This document shows positions 18,974-27,094 of a DNA stretch of 64,000 nucleotides, in pieces; positions within the stretch are counted from its first letter, which is position 1, and each line of letters starts with the position of its first letter. Source of the DNA: an uncultured Anaerolineales bacterium (GTDB lineage: Bacteria; Chloroflexota; Anaerolineae; UBA1429); assembly GCA_964567975.1 (NCBI GenBank), contig CAZMOW010000001.1, positions 26,607-90,606 on the forward strand, in the 5' to 3' direction. A program made the position numbers and the translations under genes. The notes beneath the pieces are model-generated. The model ran no database searches and had not been told where the DNA came from. It worked only from the letters and a program-made list of their open reading frames with translations.

Positions 18974-19618
18974 TCAGGACCCCGGCGCCTTCCGCCGCGT
19001 CATATGATAGGAAATGGTGGCCAGCCTGGCCGCCAGATCCTCGTTCTCCAGCAATACGGAGGAGGGAACGTGTAGATGTGTGGGAGCGAAATTCCAGATT
19101 ACCGTGATCCCCACCTCTATCATCTGATCCACCACGCTCTGGGCCTCTTCGGCCGGCACGGCGACGATGCCCATTCCCACCTGCAGGCGCCCCACCACAC
19201 CCGCCAGCCTCTTCATAGAGAAGACGCTCTTGCCAGCAATAACCTTGCCGATCTTGGATGGGTCATTGTCAAAAAGGGCGACGATCCTCAATCCGTAGCG
19301 CTCAAAGCCCGGATAGCCCGCCAGGGCCCGCCCCAGATTCCCCGCACCCACCACGATGGCCTGCTTTTCGTCCTCAAGACCCAGGAACTCGCAAAGGACG
19401 TCGGCCACCTTGCGCGTATCATATCCCACGCCCGCCTGGCCCAACTCCCCCAAGTAGCTCAGATCCTTACGCACCTGCGCGGCTGGAATTCCCGAAGATT
19501 CTCCCAGTTGTTGCGAGGAAATCACCGACCTTCCCTCGTCAATGGCCCGCATGAGCCAACGATAGTATACGGGCAAACGCGACAGGGTGGGCCGTGGGAT
19601 CTTGGTGCCCTTTGTCAT
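18974..19618 (-). CDS. rex: redox-sensing transcriptional repressor Rex
   Basis: It has an N-terminal winged helix (IPRPTLSRLPVYYRWL...ISSQQLG) and a Rossmann segment VVGAGNLGRALAGY. Confidence 0.92.
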   Translation of the reverse strand: MTKGTKIPRPTLSRLPVYYRWLMRAIDEGRSVISSQQLGESSGIPAAQVRKDLSYLGELGQAGVGYDTRKVADVLCEFLGLEDEKQAIVVGAGNLGRALAGYPGFERYGLRIVALFDNDPSKIGKVIAGKSVFSMKRLAGVVGRLQVGMGIVAVPAEEAQSVVDQMIEVGITVIWNFAPTHLHVPSSVLLENEDLAARLATISYHMTRRKAPGS

Positions 19619-19777
19619 GACGAATATCTCCTCCCAGATTCAAAACCACAAGTGTGGAATAGGCCACCTAACCCATCCTCCACAACGCGTAGGCGCAAGC
19701 AAAGACCACGACAGATTGTATGAACATTTCTTCCCCGTTGAGATTGGGTACAAGAAAAAAAGCGCTCACACAAAACT

Positions 19778-19795
19778 TTGTGCCATTTGTCACAA
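19778..19795. promoter_or_regulatory. Rex-operator-like inverted repeat
   Basis: TTGTGCCATTTGTCACAA compared with the Rex consensus TTGTGAAnnnnTTCACAA. The outer TTGTG/CACAA arms are perfect. The site lies directly downstream of the predicted rex -10 box. Confidence 0.55.
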
Positions 19796-19824
19796 ATGCT
19801 ACACAATGCGCTCGAAATTGTCAA
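19796..19824 (-). promoter_or_regulatory. sigma70-type promoter of rex
   Basis: On the minus strand: -35 TTGACA (19824-19819), 17-nt spacer, -10 TAGCAT (19801-19796). Confidence 0.45.
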
Positions 19825-19874
19825 AGTCCTGAAGAATGACAAGGGCAGGCCCAGAAACTGTGTGCGCGGGAACG

Positions 19875-19903
19875 TTGACGAACCCGTCCACTCCGAGTAT
19901 GAT
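19875..19903 (+). promoter_or_regulatory. sigma70-type promoter of the GNAT gene
   Basis: TTGACG (19875-19880), 17-nt spacer, TATGAT (19898-19903). Confidence 0.45.
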
Positions 19904-19988
19904 CATCGCTACTGGTCCGCACTCTATAATACTACACAAGAAAGACGCTCGACATCGGAAAAAAAGCGAACTACCCAAGGATAATACC

Positions 19989-20981
19989 ATGTCTCTAGTG
20001 GCGGCGACATCCACAAAGAAGGAGGCCCCCTCCCGTCATATAAAGCTTTTCAATCCCAGCCGTCATCTGGAAGGGTTGGCAACTCTCATAGAACGCGCCT
20101 TTGGAGAAGAGTTGGCACGCACACAAAGTTCCATGATTCGCGACATGAGACAGATGGCTCGCTGGGGCTCCATACTACAGATAGCCCATGCTATCAACCC
20201 CATTCTCATAGGTTATGTGTGGATGCAAGGAACAAAAGTCGTGGGCAACGCGAGCCTTTCCTCTGAGTCAGACCTCGTCTGGCGCCTGAGCAACGTAGCC
20301 GTTTTACCCGACTTTCGCGGCAGGGGCATTGCGGGGCACCTCGTGGACAGGGCCATCGAACATGCAAGAGACCACAACGTCAAATACCTCATATTAGAAG
20401 TGAGCCCCGACAATACCATCGCTCTGAACTTATATCGGCACAGAAGATTTGAGGCATTCGAGACCTTGCACGAGATGTATCTCTCGCGGGCCAGTTGGCC
20501 CATCTTACCCCACCCCTTTGAGGGAGATGTCCGATCTGTCCAGGCCTCGGATACCCACAAACTTTATCGCCTCATGCTCTCCAGTTTATCCCCCGAACAC
20601 CGACGATACTTTCCCATAGACCCTCGCGAGTTCCGTCGCGGTTTATGGCAGAGGCTGCTGCAATATGTGAGGCTGGCCTTCAAAGATGAACTGCTCTATG
20701 AGCTCGTAGGAGAGTGCGAGCAGGATATCGTCGCCTATGGCCGGATGACGGTCCACCTCTTTCGCGGGCCCCACGAGATGGAACTCCGTGTGCGATCCGA
20801 CCAGCGAGGGAAATGGGAATTGGAACTGGCCAGAGGACTTCTCTGGGGTCTGCGCTCCCTGCCCCGCTCGAGGATCAGAGCGCGGATACCCGCCCATCAT
20901 CCGGAGGCCATCGAGGCCCTGGAAATACTGGGTTTCGAGTCCGTACGTATACTGAAGCAGATGTCACTGACGATACACTGA
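19989..20981 (+). CDS. GNAT-family N-acetyltransferase (two-lobed, about 330 aa)
   Basis: It has the acetyl-CoA motif A, VLPDFRGRGIAGHLVDRAIEHA. I moved the start to the ATG at 19989 (MSLVAATSTKK), because the track extension runs through the promoter region. Confidence 0.75.
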   Translation: MSLVAATSTKKEAPSRHIKLFNPSRHLEGLATLIERAFGEELARTQSSMIRDMRQMARWGSILQIAHAINPILIGYVWMQGTKVVGNASLSSESDLVWRLSNVAVLPDFRGRGIAGHLVDRAIEHARDHNVKYLILEVSPDNTIALNLYRHRRFEAFETLHEMYLSRASWPILPHPFEGDVRSVQASDTHKLYRLMLSSLSPEHRRYFPIDPREFRRGLWQRLLQYVRLAFKDELLYELVGECEQDIVAYGRMTVHLFRGPHEMELRVRSDQRGKWELELARGLLWGLRSLPRSRIRARIPAHHPEAIEALEILGFESVRILKQMSLTIH

Positions 20982-21048
20982 GCATCCCAAGTACATCTTC
21001 TATATCGGCGAACGTGTAAGGACGCTGACAGAACGTAGGAGGTTTATC

Positions 21049-21420
21049 ATGCGCAAACTTTTGCTCCGTTGGCTCATCAACGCGGCGGCCGTTTATGCAG
21101 CCATGGAACTTATCGGCGGGATATACACCGACGGGGGATGGACGGTCTTTCTCTGGATGGCCCTCATCTTGGGCGTGGTGAATGCTCTGATCGCCCCTGT
21201 GATCAAGCTCCTCACCTGCCCCCTGATCATCCTGACACTGGGGCTCTTTACCCTCGTTATCAACGCCCTGATGCTCTGGCTGGCCGGGAGGATCGCTTCA
21301 GCGCTGGGCGTGGGATTCTATATCCAGGACTTTTGGGCTGCCTTTCTCGGGGCCCTGGTCATAAGCGTCATAAGTTTCGCCCTCAGCGCCCTCATGGGAG
21401 TGAACCGGGAAAAAAAGTGA
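21049..21420 (+). CDS. 4-TM phage-holin-4_2 (PF04020-like) family membrane protein
   Basis: This 123-aa protein has four hydrophobic helices. LINAAAVYAAMELIGGI...GVVNALIAPVIKLLTCPLIILTLGLFTLVINALML is typical of this widespread chromosomal family. Confidence 0.65.
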   Translation: MRKLLLRWLINAAAVYAAMELIGGIYTDGGWTVFLWMALILGVVNALIAPVIKLLTCPLIILTLGLFTLVINALMLWLAGRIASALGVGFYIQDFWAAFLGALVISVISFALSALMGVNREKK

Positions 21421-21431
21421 TACCGTGGATA

Positions 21432-22373
21432 TCAGTCATCTTCCTGAGCAGGCGCCCCGCCCGAGGTACCGCCGGCGGAGCGATAAAAGCTTCTCACCGC
21501 CAGATATATAATCCCCATGCCCCAGGCGATGAACAAGGCCCCTCGAATGGGTCGAGCAATAAACTGCAGCGTGATATAGTAAACGTACTCGGGAAAGGGT
21601 TGGACGCGATAGAGATGGGTAAGTAGATAGGCTATACCCAAACTGAGTCCCACCGCACCCAGCACGAGGAATGTGAGCCAGCGTCCGATGTCTCGAAGCT
21701 GAGTACGGGTCCTCGCCGCCCGGTTTTGCAGGTCCCGCGCCAGGGAGGAGGTGATGGAAAAGGCAGGCAGCGTCTCCGGGTCTCGACGCAAGATATCCTC
21801 CGAAGGCACTGGCACCACTTTTTCTTTTGGGTGTCCCAGTTGATCCCGTGTGCCCTCCTCAATCCCGATATAGCGCACAGCCGTTGTAAGGTTGGGGGCG
21901 ATAGGAAAATCCTTATGAGCCGGCAGATCGCCCAGCACTTGCTCCACGTGGCGATCACAAAGCACCATGATGGGGCGCAAGCCGGCGGCATACGCCGTCA
22001 GCACATCCTCCTGCGTCTCGGCCAACACATATCCTGCATCGAGCTGCAGATCCAGGTGGGATAGCACACCCCAAAAGACGGCAGGAAACTGTTTTTCAGA
22101 GCCTTTGTCCACTTTTCCGCCCGAACAAACCCATCCGTCGATACGTCCCCCTCCTGCCTCGATCTGCTCGGTCAAAAACGCCACATCGGCAAAGGGGTCC
22201 TCCTCTCCCTCGCCACTACGAGGCCCGAACAGGAATACCAACGTCTCCTCGTTGACCAGCAGACGGACAGCCTCGAGGGTCGCGGGCATCAACGACCATT
22301 CCTCAAATGGTTCGTCCGGATCTATATGACTGTCACGCAACACCGCATTCTTATGAACGAATACCGCCTTCAT
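21432..22373 (-). CDS. membrane-anchored HAD-like pseudophosphatase (GmhB/HisB-N-like fold, catalytic residues replaced)
   Basis: It is collinear with GmhB, but motif I DxDGT reads FVHKNAV, motif II TNQSG reads GPRSG, and motif IV GD reads AE. The C-terminus has 2 TM helices. Confidence 0.55.
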   Translation of the reverse strand: MKAVFVHKNAVLRDSHIDPDEPFEEWSLMPATLEAVRLLVNEETLVFLFGPRSGEGEEDPFADVAFLTEQIEAGGGRIDGWVCSGGKVDKGSEKQFPAVFWGVLSHLDLQLDAGYVLAETQEDVLTAYAAGLRPIMVLCDRHVEQVLGDLPAHKDFPIAPNLTTAVRYIGIEEGTRDQLGHPKEKVVPVPSEDILRRDPETLPAFSITSSLARDLQNRAARTRTQLRDIGRWLTFLVLGAVGLSLGIAYLLTHLYRVQPFPEYVYYITLQFIARPIRGALFIAWGMGIIYLAVRSFYRSAGGTSGGAPAQEDD

Positions 22374-22434
22374 CTCCCTTTCTTCGCGCTACCCAAACAA
22401 GCTCGGGACATCTGTGGTAAAGAGTTCTCAGAGG

Positions 22435-22887
22435 CTATGCCTCTCCCTCTAGATCCCCGTCTCCCATGGACGGGGGAACAGTTTCCTCTACCTCCTCCGT
22501 CATCTCCGGCAGCGTCAGGGGCTCCACCTCTTCCCCCCCCATGATGCACCGCCCCCGAAACACGCCTCCCTTGTCGATAAGCAGCGAGCCAACCTCTATG
22601 TCCCCCCAGACGCGCCCCTCGGGCAAGATCTCCAACCGCTTGTGGGCTGTCACATTCCCACGCAAGGCTCCCTGTATCTGTATGACGCTGGCCACGACGT
22701 CCGCCAGTACTTTGCCCACAGGGCCCACGATCAGATTGCCTGCCGTCTCGATGCGCCCCCGATAGACACCCTCGATACGTATATTCCCATCGGCAGTAAT
22801 AGTTCCCTCAAAGCTCGTGTTGGGCCCCAAGACATTATCGATACTTCCCGTGACCACCGTATCCTTTTTCTTTTTCCCGAACAACAT
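22435..22887 (-). CDS. bactofilin (polymer-forming cytoskeletal protein)
   Basis: It has DUF583 beta-helix repeats (FEGTITADGNIRIEGVYRGRIETAGNLIVGPVGKVLADVV...IQGALRGNVTA) and an acidic tail. I moved the start to the ATG at 22887 (MLFGKKKKD). Confidence 0.85.
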   Translation of the reverse strand: MLFGKKKKDTVVTGSIDNVLGPNTSFEGTITADGNIRIEGVYRGRIETAGNLIVGPVGKVLADVVASVIQIQGALRGNVTAHKRLEILPEGRVWGDIEVGSLLIDKGGVFRGRCIMGGEEVEPLTLPEMTEEVEETVPPSMGDGDLEGEA

Positions 22888-22967
22888 GCCCTTTCCCCGT
22901 CCTTCCCTCATCAACTGGCTGAAGCATCTCCAACCACAACCTTCACCTGCCCTTCCCATTGGGAGTC

Positions 22968-22996
22968 ATTGTAAATCGCCCCACATGTAGCGTCAA
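22968..22996 (-). promoter_or_regulatory. sigma70-type promoter of the bactofilin operon
   Basis: On the minus strand: -35 TTGACG (22996-22991), 17-nt spacer, -10 TACAAT (22973-22968). Confidence 0.5.
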
Positions 22997-23144
22997 ATCA
23001 TAGCCCCTTCTCTCCCCTCTTCCCGACAATCGATATGTCAACGCCCCAGAGTGTACCTCTCCCCTCAAGTTTTGCACTTTTCCCCCAAAGGTCGATGGCC
23101 TCGACCGCATCTCGAAACAAAGCAATCCCCTTTGAAACTCCTCC

Positions 23145-23173
23145 TTGCCAGAGCAGGGCAAACGACGTAAAAT
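23145..23173 (+). promoter_or_regulatory. sigma70-type promoter of the MoxR operon
   Basis: TTGCCA (23145-23150), 17-nt spacer, TAAAAT (23168-23173). The GAGGAGGGAG SD and GTG start at 23206 follow. Confidence 0.5.
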
Positions 23174-23205
23174 GATAATGCATCTAGAAGAGGAGGGAGA
23201 AGGCT

Positions 23206-24165
23206 GTGGCCATCGACGAGATTCAGATTTTTGCGCAGGATGTCATGGACAACGTAGAACGCGTGATCGTGGGGAAACGGGAATCCATCGAGCTCATGAT
23301 GGTGGCCCTGCTCTGTGAGGGACATGCTCTCATCGAGGATGTGCCTGGCGTGGGCAAAACCATGCTCGCCCGAGCCCTCGCCATATCCATAGGTTGCAGC
23401 TTCAAGCGGTTACAATGCACCCCCGACCTCCTCCCCAACGACGTTACCGGCGTCTCCGTGTATAACCAAAAGACGGGCGAGTTCCAGTTCCGTCCAGGTC
23501 CTGCCTTTGTCAACGTGCTGTTGGCTGACGAGATCAACCGCGCGACACCACGCACCCAGTCGGCCCTGTTGGAGGCCATGGGAGAATATCAGGTTACCGT
23601 GGACGGCACCACGCGACAGCTGCCGCGTCCTTTCCTCGTCATCGCCACGCAAAATCCCATCGAGTATGAGGGCACCTTCCCCCTGCCAGAAGCCCAGCTG
23701 GACCGCTTTCTCATGCGCATCAAGTTGGGCTATCCCTCTGCAGAGGAAGAAAACCAAATTCTCCTCAACCTCCGCCGAGAACACCCCATCGACACCATCG
23801 AACAGGTGGTGGATGGTCACCGCATCATAGATTTGCGTTCGGACATGTGGGACGTGACGGTGGACGATACGGTGAGGGAATACATCATCCACCTGATCCA
23901 TGCCACCCGGAACCAGTACGATCTCGCCCTCGGAGCCAGTCCCCGGGGTAGCCTGGGGCTGTACAAGGCGTCACAGGCGCTGGCGGTCATTCGAGGTCGG
24001 GATTATGTGATGCCGGACGATATCAAGTATCTAGCACCTTTTGTCATAGGCCACCGCCTTATCGTGAACCCCGAGAGCGCGCTCCGTGGCCGGGACGCGG
24101 AGACGATACTGCAAAATCTGCTGACGGAAACAAAGCTGAGCGTCGGAGAGCTCGACGAATTATAG
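23206..24165 (+). CDS. MoxR-family AAA+ ATPase
   Basis: Walker A is DVPGVGKT and Walker B is LLADEINRATPRTQSALLEAM. The protein has MoxR length and a MoxR-type C-terminal lid. Confidence 0.92.
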   Translation: MAIDEIQIFAQDVMDNVERVIVGKRESIELMMVALLCEGHALIEDVPGVGKTMLARALAISIGCSFKRLQCTPDLLPNDVTGVSVYNQKTGEFQFRPGPAFVNVLLADEINRATPRTQSALLEAMGEYQVTVDGTTRQLPRPFLVIATQNPIEYEGTFPLPEAQLDRFLMRIKLGYPSAEEENQILLNLRREHPIDTIEQVVDGHRIIDLRSDMWDVTVDDTVREYIIHLIHATRNQYDLALGASPRGSLGLYKASQALAVIRGRDYVMPDDIKYLAPFVIGHRLIVNPESALRGRDAETILQNLLTETKLSVGELDEL

Positions 24166-24199
24166 CATTGATCGATGACCACAGATAGGAAGACGGCCG

Positions 24200-25381
24200 A
24201 TGCCACACCTTCTCACCTTTATCTTGCTTATAACGTTCGTCGCGCTCCTCTTTCGCATCGAGTTCTTTTTCTATCTTCTGTATGTTTTCTTTGGCATATA
24301 CCTTTTTTCGCGTCTCTGGGGGCAGCATGCCCTGGACAACGTCACTTTCGAACGAGAATGTGACACAAGGGCTTTTATTGGAGATCGCCTTTCCGTCAAA
24401 ATACGCATCCAGAACCGGGGCTTTTTGCCCTTGCCCTGGCTGCGCGTGCACGACAGTCTGCCCATGGGCATCAAATCGCCCAACTTTTATCACTGCGTGA
24501 TCTCCCTGCTTCCCTTTGAAAAAAGAGTCCTTGAATATGAGCTGAACTGTCGTCGCAGGGGGTATTATCCTTTGGGACCACTGATCGTCAGGGCAGGCGA
24601 TCTGTTCGGCCTTTCCGAGCGAGAGAGGCGACTTGAAGCCCCGGACGCCCTCTGGGTATATCCTAAAATCGTCCACCTCAACAGGCTAGAATTGGCGGCC
24701 AAGGTCCCGTTCGGCTATATACGCACCAAAGAACGCATATTCCAGGATCCCACCCGCATGGTAGGCGTGCGAGACTATCAAAGCGGAGACAGTACGCGGC
24801 ACATCCACTGGAAGGCCACTGCAGCGACGGGCACCCTCCAGATTAAACGTTTCGAGCCGGCCATCTCCATCGAGTCGCAGATATTCCTGAATCTCAAGAG
24901 GGACGAATTTACCCGCGCCCGCGCTATACCGGCGAGTGAGACAGCCATCGTGACGGCAGCGTCCATCGTCAACTATTTGATCCAGAAACGGCAGACGGTG
25001 GGATTAAGCTGTAATGGCCAGGATCCGCTGACGGAAGAGACTCTCAAGATAACGCTCCCGCCGCGCAAGGGAGAAGCCCAGCGCATGCATATCCTGGATG
25101 TTCTCGCCAGAGTACAGCTGAGCGAGCACCTCCCGTTCGCCGATCTGCTTCATCGGGATCGACTTCAACTGACCTGGGGGTCGACGGCCATCATCATTTC
25201 CGGTCACGCAGATAACGCCCTATTTGACAACATGTTGCTCATGAAACGCTCTGGCTTCCACGTCATGCTCATCCTCGTGGATCCCCAGACACCTTTTACA
25301 AACATCAAGCAACGGGCCAAGGACGTGGGCATAGAAGCTCAACAGATCTGGCAGGAAAGGGATCTTGATGTCTGGAGATAA
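24200..25381 (+). CDS. DUF58 domain protein (second paralogue)
   Basis: It has two N-terminal TM helices and the DUF58 core GVRDYQSGDSTRHIHWKATAATGTLQIKRFE. Confidence 0.85.
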   Translation: MPHLLTFILLITFVALLFRIEFFFYLLYVFFGIYLFSRLWGQHALDNVTFERECDTRAFIGDRLSVKIRIQNRGFLPLPWLRVHDSLPMGIKSPNFYHCVISLLPFEKRVLEYELNCRRRGYYPLGPLIVRAGDLFGLSERERRLEAPDALWVYPKIVHLNRLELAAKVPFGYIRTKERIFQDPTRMVGVRDYQSGDSTRHIHWKATAATGTLQIKRFEPAISIESQIFLNLKRDEFTRARAIPASETAIVTAASIVNYLIQKRQTVGLSCNGQDPLTEETLKITLPPRKGEAQRMHILDVLARVQLSEHLPFADLLHRDRLQLTWGSTAIIISGHADNALFDNMLLMKRSGFHVMLILVDPQTPFTNIKQRAKDVGIEAQQIWQERDLDVWR

Positions 25382-27092
25382 AACTGTAACCATAGAAACG
25401 CACGGCAAGGAAGGGACAGCCGCCTCGAAAAAAGAAAGAGCCGATACAGAGGCGTCACGTGAATGGTCCAGGATCGCCTTGGAGGAAGTTGTTCGCCCCC
25501 TGGCGATCTCGGCCATGCTGACCTGCATAACCATCTCTCTGAGCCAACTCGTCAGTTCCGCCGTACCCGAGTGGCCAGGAGGGTTTCTATCTGTACTCAC
25601 CTTTCTCGTCTGCCTGGAGAGCATCCATGCTCACCGCCTCCTCACACGGCTGGATCTGGATTCCAGGGAAAGATGGCGTTTCCGCTTCGTCGAGTGGGTA
25701 TTCATCCTCCTCGTGGTGCGCTTTGGCGTCTATATAGAATACGGCGTCGCGCAACTGGCCGCCGACATGGCGCGATGGTCACTGGAGATAGGCGCCTTTT
25801 TCGACGCCGGCTTTATCGTGAACGGCGTGCTCATGGCCGTTTTCTGGGCCCTGGCCCTTGCCCTCTCCAAATCCATGCAAGAACTCGAAGCCTCCCCCAT
25901 CGAAAAAAGACCCCGGGTCACCGATCCCAATCACTATCTGTACAACACCATGCCCCGTCACGGCCGCATCGATCGCCGCGCCAGGCTGAACCGTATCACC
26001 AGCATCTTTACTGCCGGTGGCATCGCCCTCCTGATACTCGCCGGCCTTTCACAGATAGATGTACGTGACCTCATGGCCTTTGAGCATTCGTACAGCTCGG
26101 GGGTCCTCCTCAATGTGCTCGCTTATTTTCTTATCGGGTTCCTCCTCATCGGTCAGGCACGGTACACTATGCTCAGAGCGCATTGGGAGATAGAGGATAT
26201 TCCTATCATGGAGGACATCGGAAAACGTTGGATCCTGCTGGCCCTTTCCTTCCTCTTTTTGATCGGATTCGTCTCCGCCTTTCTTCCCGTCGGCTATTCC
26301 GTGGGGATCGTGGATACGCTGTCCATGGCGCTGCAATGGACGCTGTACGTGCTGGCTCAGATCGCTTTTGGACTGCTGTTCCTCATCTCTTCCCTGTTGG
26401 CCATGCTCATCGGCTTTATGACCGGAACACCAAGCGAAACCCAACCCGCCGCGAGACCCATGCCACAACCCCAGGCACCACCCGCCACGTCGGGAGGGCC
26501 GGCGCCTTGGTGGCCTCTGGTGCGCTCTCTCGCCTTTTGGACTATTCTCATAGGCATCATCGGCTATTCCATATTCCATTTTGCCGACTATCGGTGGAGC
26601 ATCTTGCAGAAACTCTCTCTCTCTGGCCTTTTCCGCTGGTTTGTGAACCTGTGGCAGGGTATTCGCAGCGGGACGAAAAGGGCAGCAGGGGGAATCCGCC
26701 GGGCCATCGCCGATCGCCTTCCCTCTCGTGAGGGCAGAAGGCGAATACGCCCCTGGCGCTACATCTCCCTGCGGGGCCTCCCCCTGCGCGAACGTATAAG
26801 ATACTTTTATCTCTCTACCTTGCGTCGCAGCGAAAGACAGAACCTGGGGCGCCCCCCCTCGGCCACACCCCAAGAATATCGAAACATGCTATCAAAGGAG
26901 GTACCAGAGATCACTGAAGAATTGGACGAACTCACCCAGGCATTCATCGAAGCACGATACAGCGAGCATCCCATGTCGGAAGAAGAGGCCTCGAACGTCA
27001 AAGAAGCCTGGCGTCAGATAAAACGGTTACTTGGATTGCACAGACGCCACCAGCGGAGCGATTCTGCCGAGGAGAAGAAAGAAAAAAGTTAG
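25368..27092 (+). CDS. polytopic membrane protein with C-terminal DUF4129 domain
   Basis: It has at least 6 hydrophobic helices and a Pro-rich linker. The C-terminal motif is TPQEYRNMLSKE...FIEARYSEHPMSEEEA. Its start overlaps the end of DUF58. Confidence 0.75.
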   Translation: MSGDKTVTIETHGKEGTAASKKERADTEASREWSRIALEEVVRPLAISAMLTCITISLSQLVSSAVPEWPGGFLSVLTFLVCLESIHAHRLLTRLDLDSRERWRFRFVEWVFILLVVRFGVYIEYGVAQLAADMARWSLEIGAFFDAGFIVNGVLMAVFWALALALSKSMQELEASPIEKRPRVTDPNHYLYNTMPRHGRIDRRARLNRITSIFTAGGIALLILAGLSQIDVRDLMAFEHSYSSGVLLNVLAYFLIGFLLIGQARYTMLRAHWEIEDIPIMEDIGKRWILLALSFLFLIGFVSAFLPVGYSVGIVDTLSMALQWTLYVLAQIAFGLLFLISSLLAMLIGFMTGTPSETQPAARPMPQPQAPPATSGGPAPWWPLVRSLAFWTILIGIIGYSIFHFADYRWSILQKLSLSGLFRWFVNLWQGIRSGTKRAAGGIRRAIADRLPSREGRRRIRPWRYISLRGLPLRERIRYFYLSTLRRSERQNLGRPPSATPQEYRNMLSKEVPEITEELDELTQAFIEARYSEHPMSEEEASNVKEAWRQIKRLLGLHRRHQRSDSAEEKKEKS

Positions 27093-27094
27093 CC

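Noticed and set aside
21049-21420. The phage-holin-family protein as evidence of a prophage or lysis cassette.
   Set aside because: There is no endolysin, spanin, terminase, capsid or integrase nearby. The PF04020-type 4-TM family is common as a stand-alone chromosomal membrane protein.
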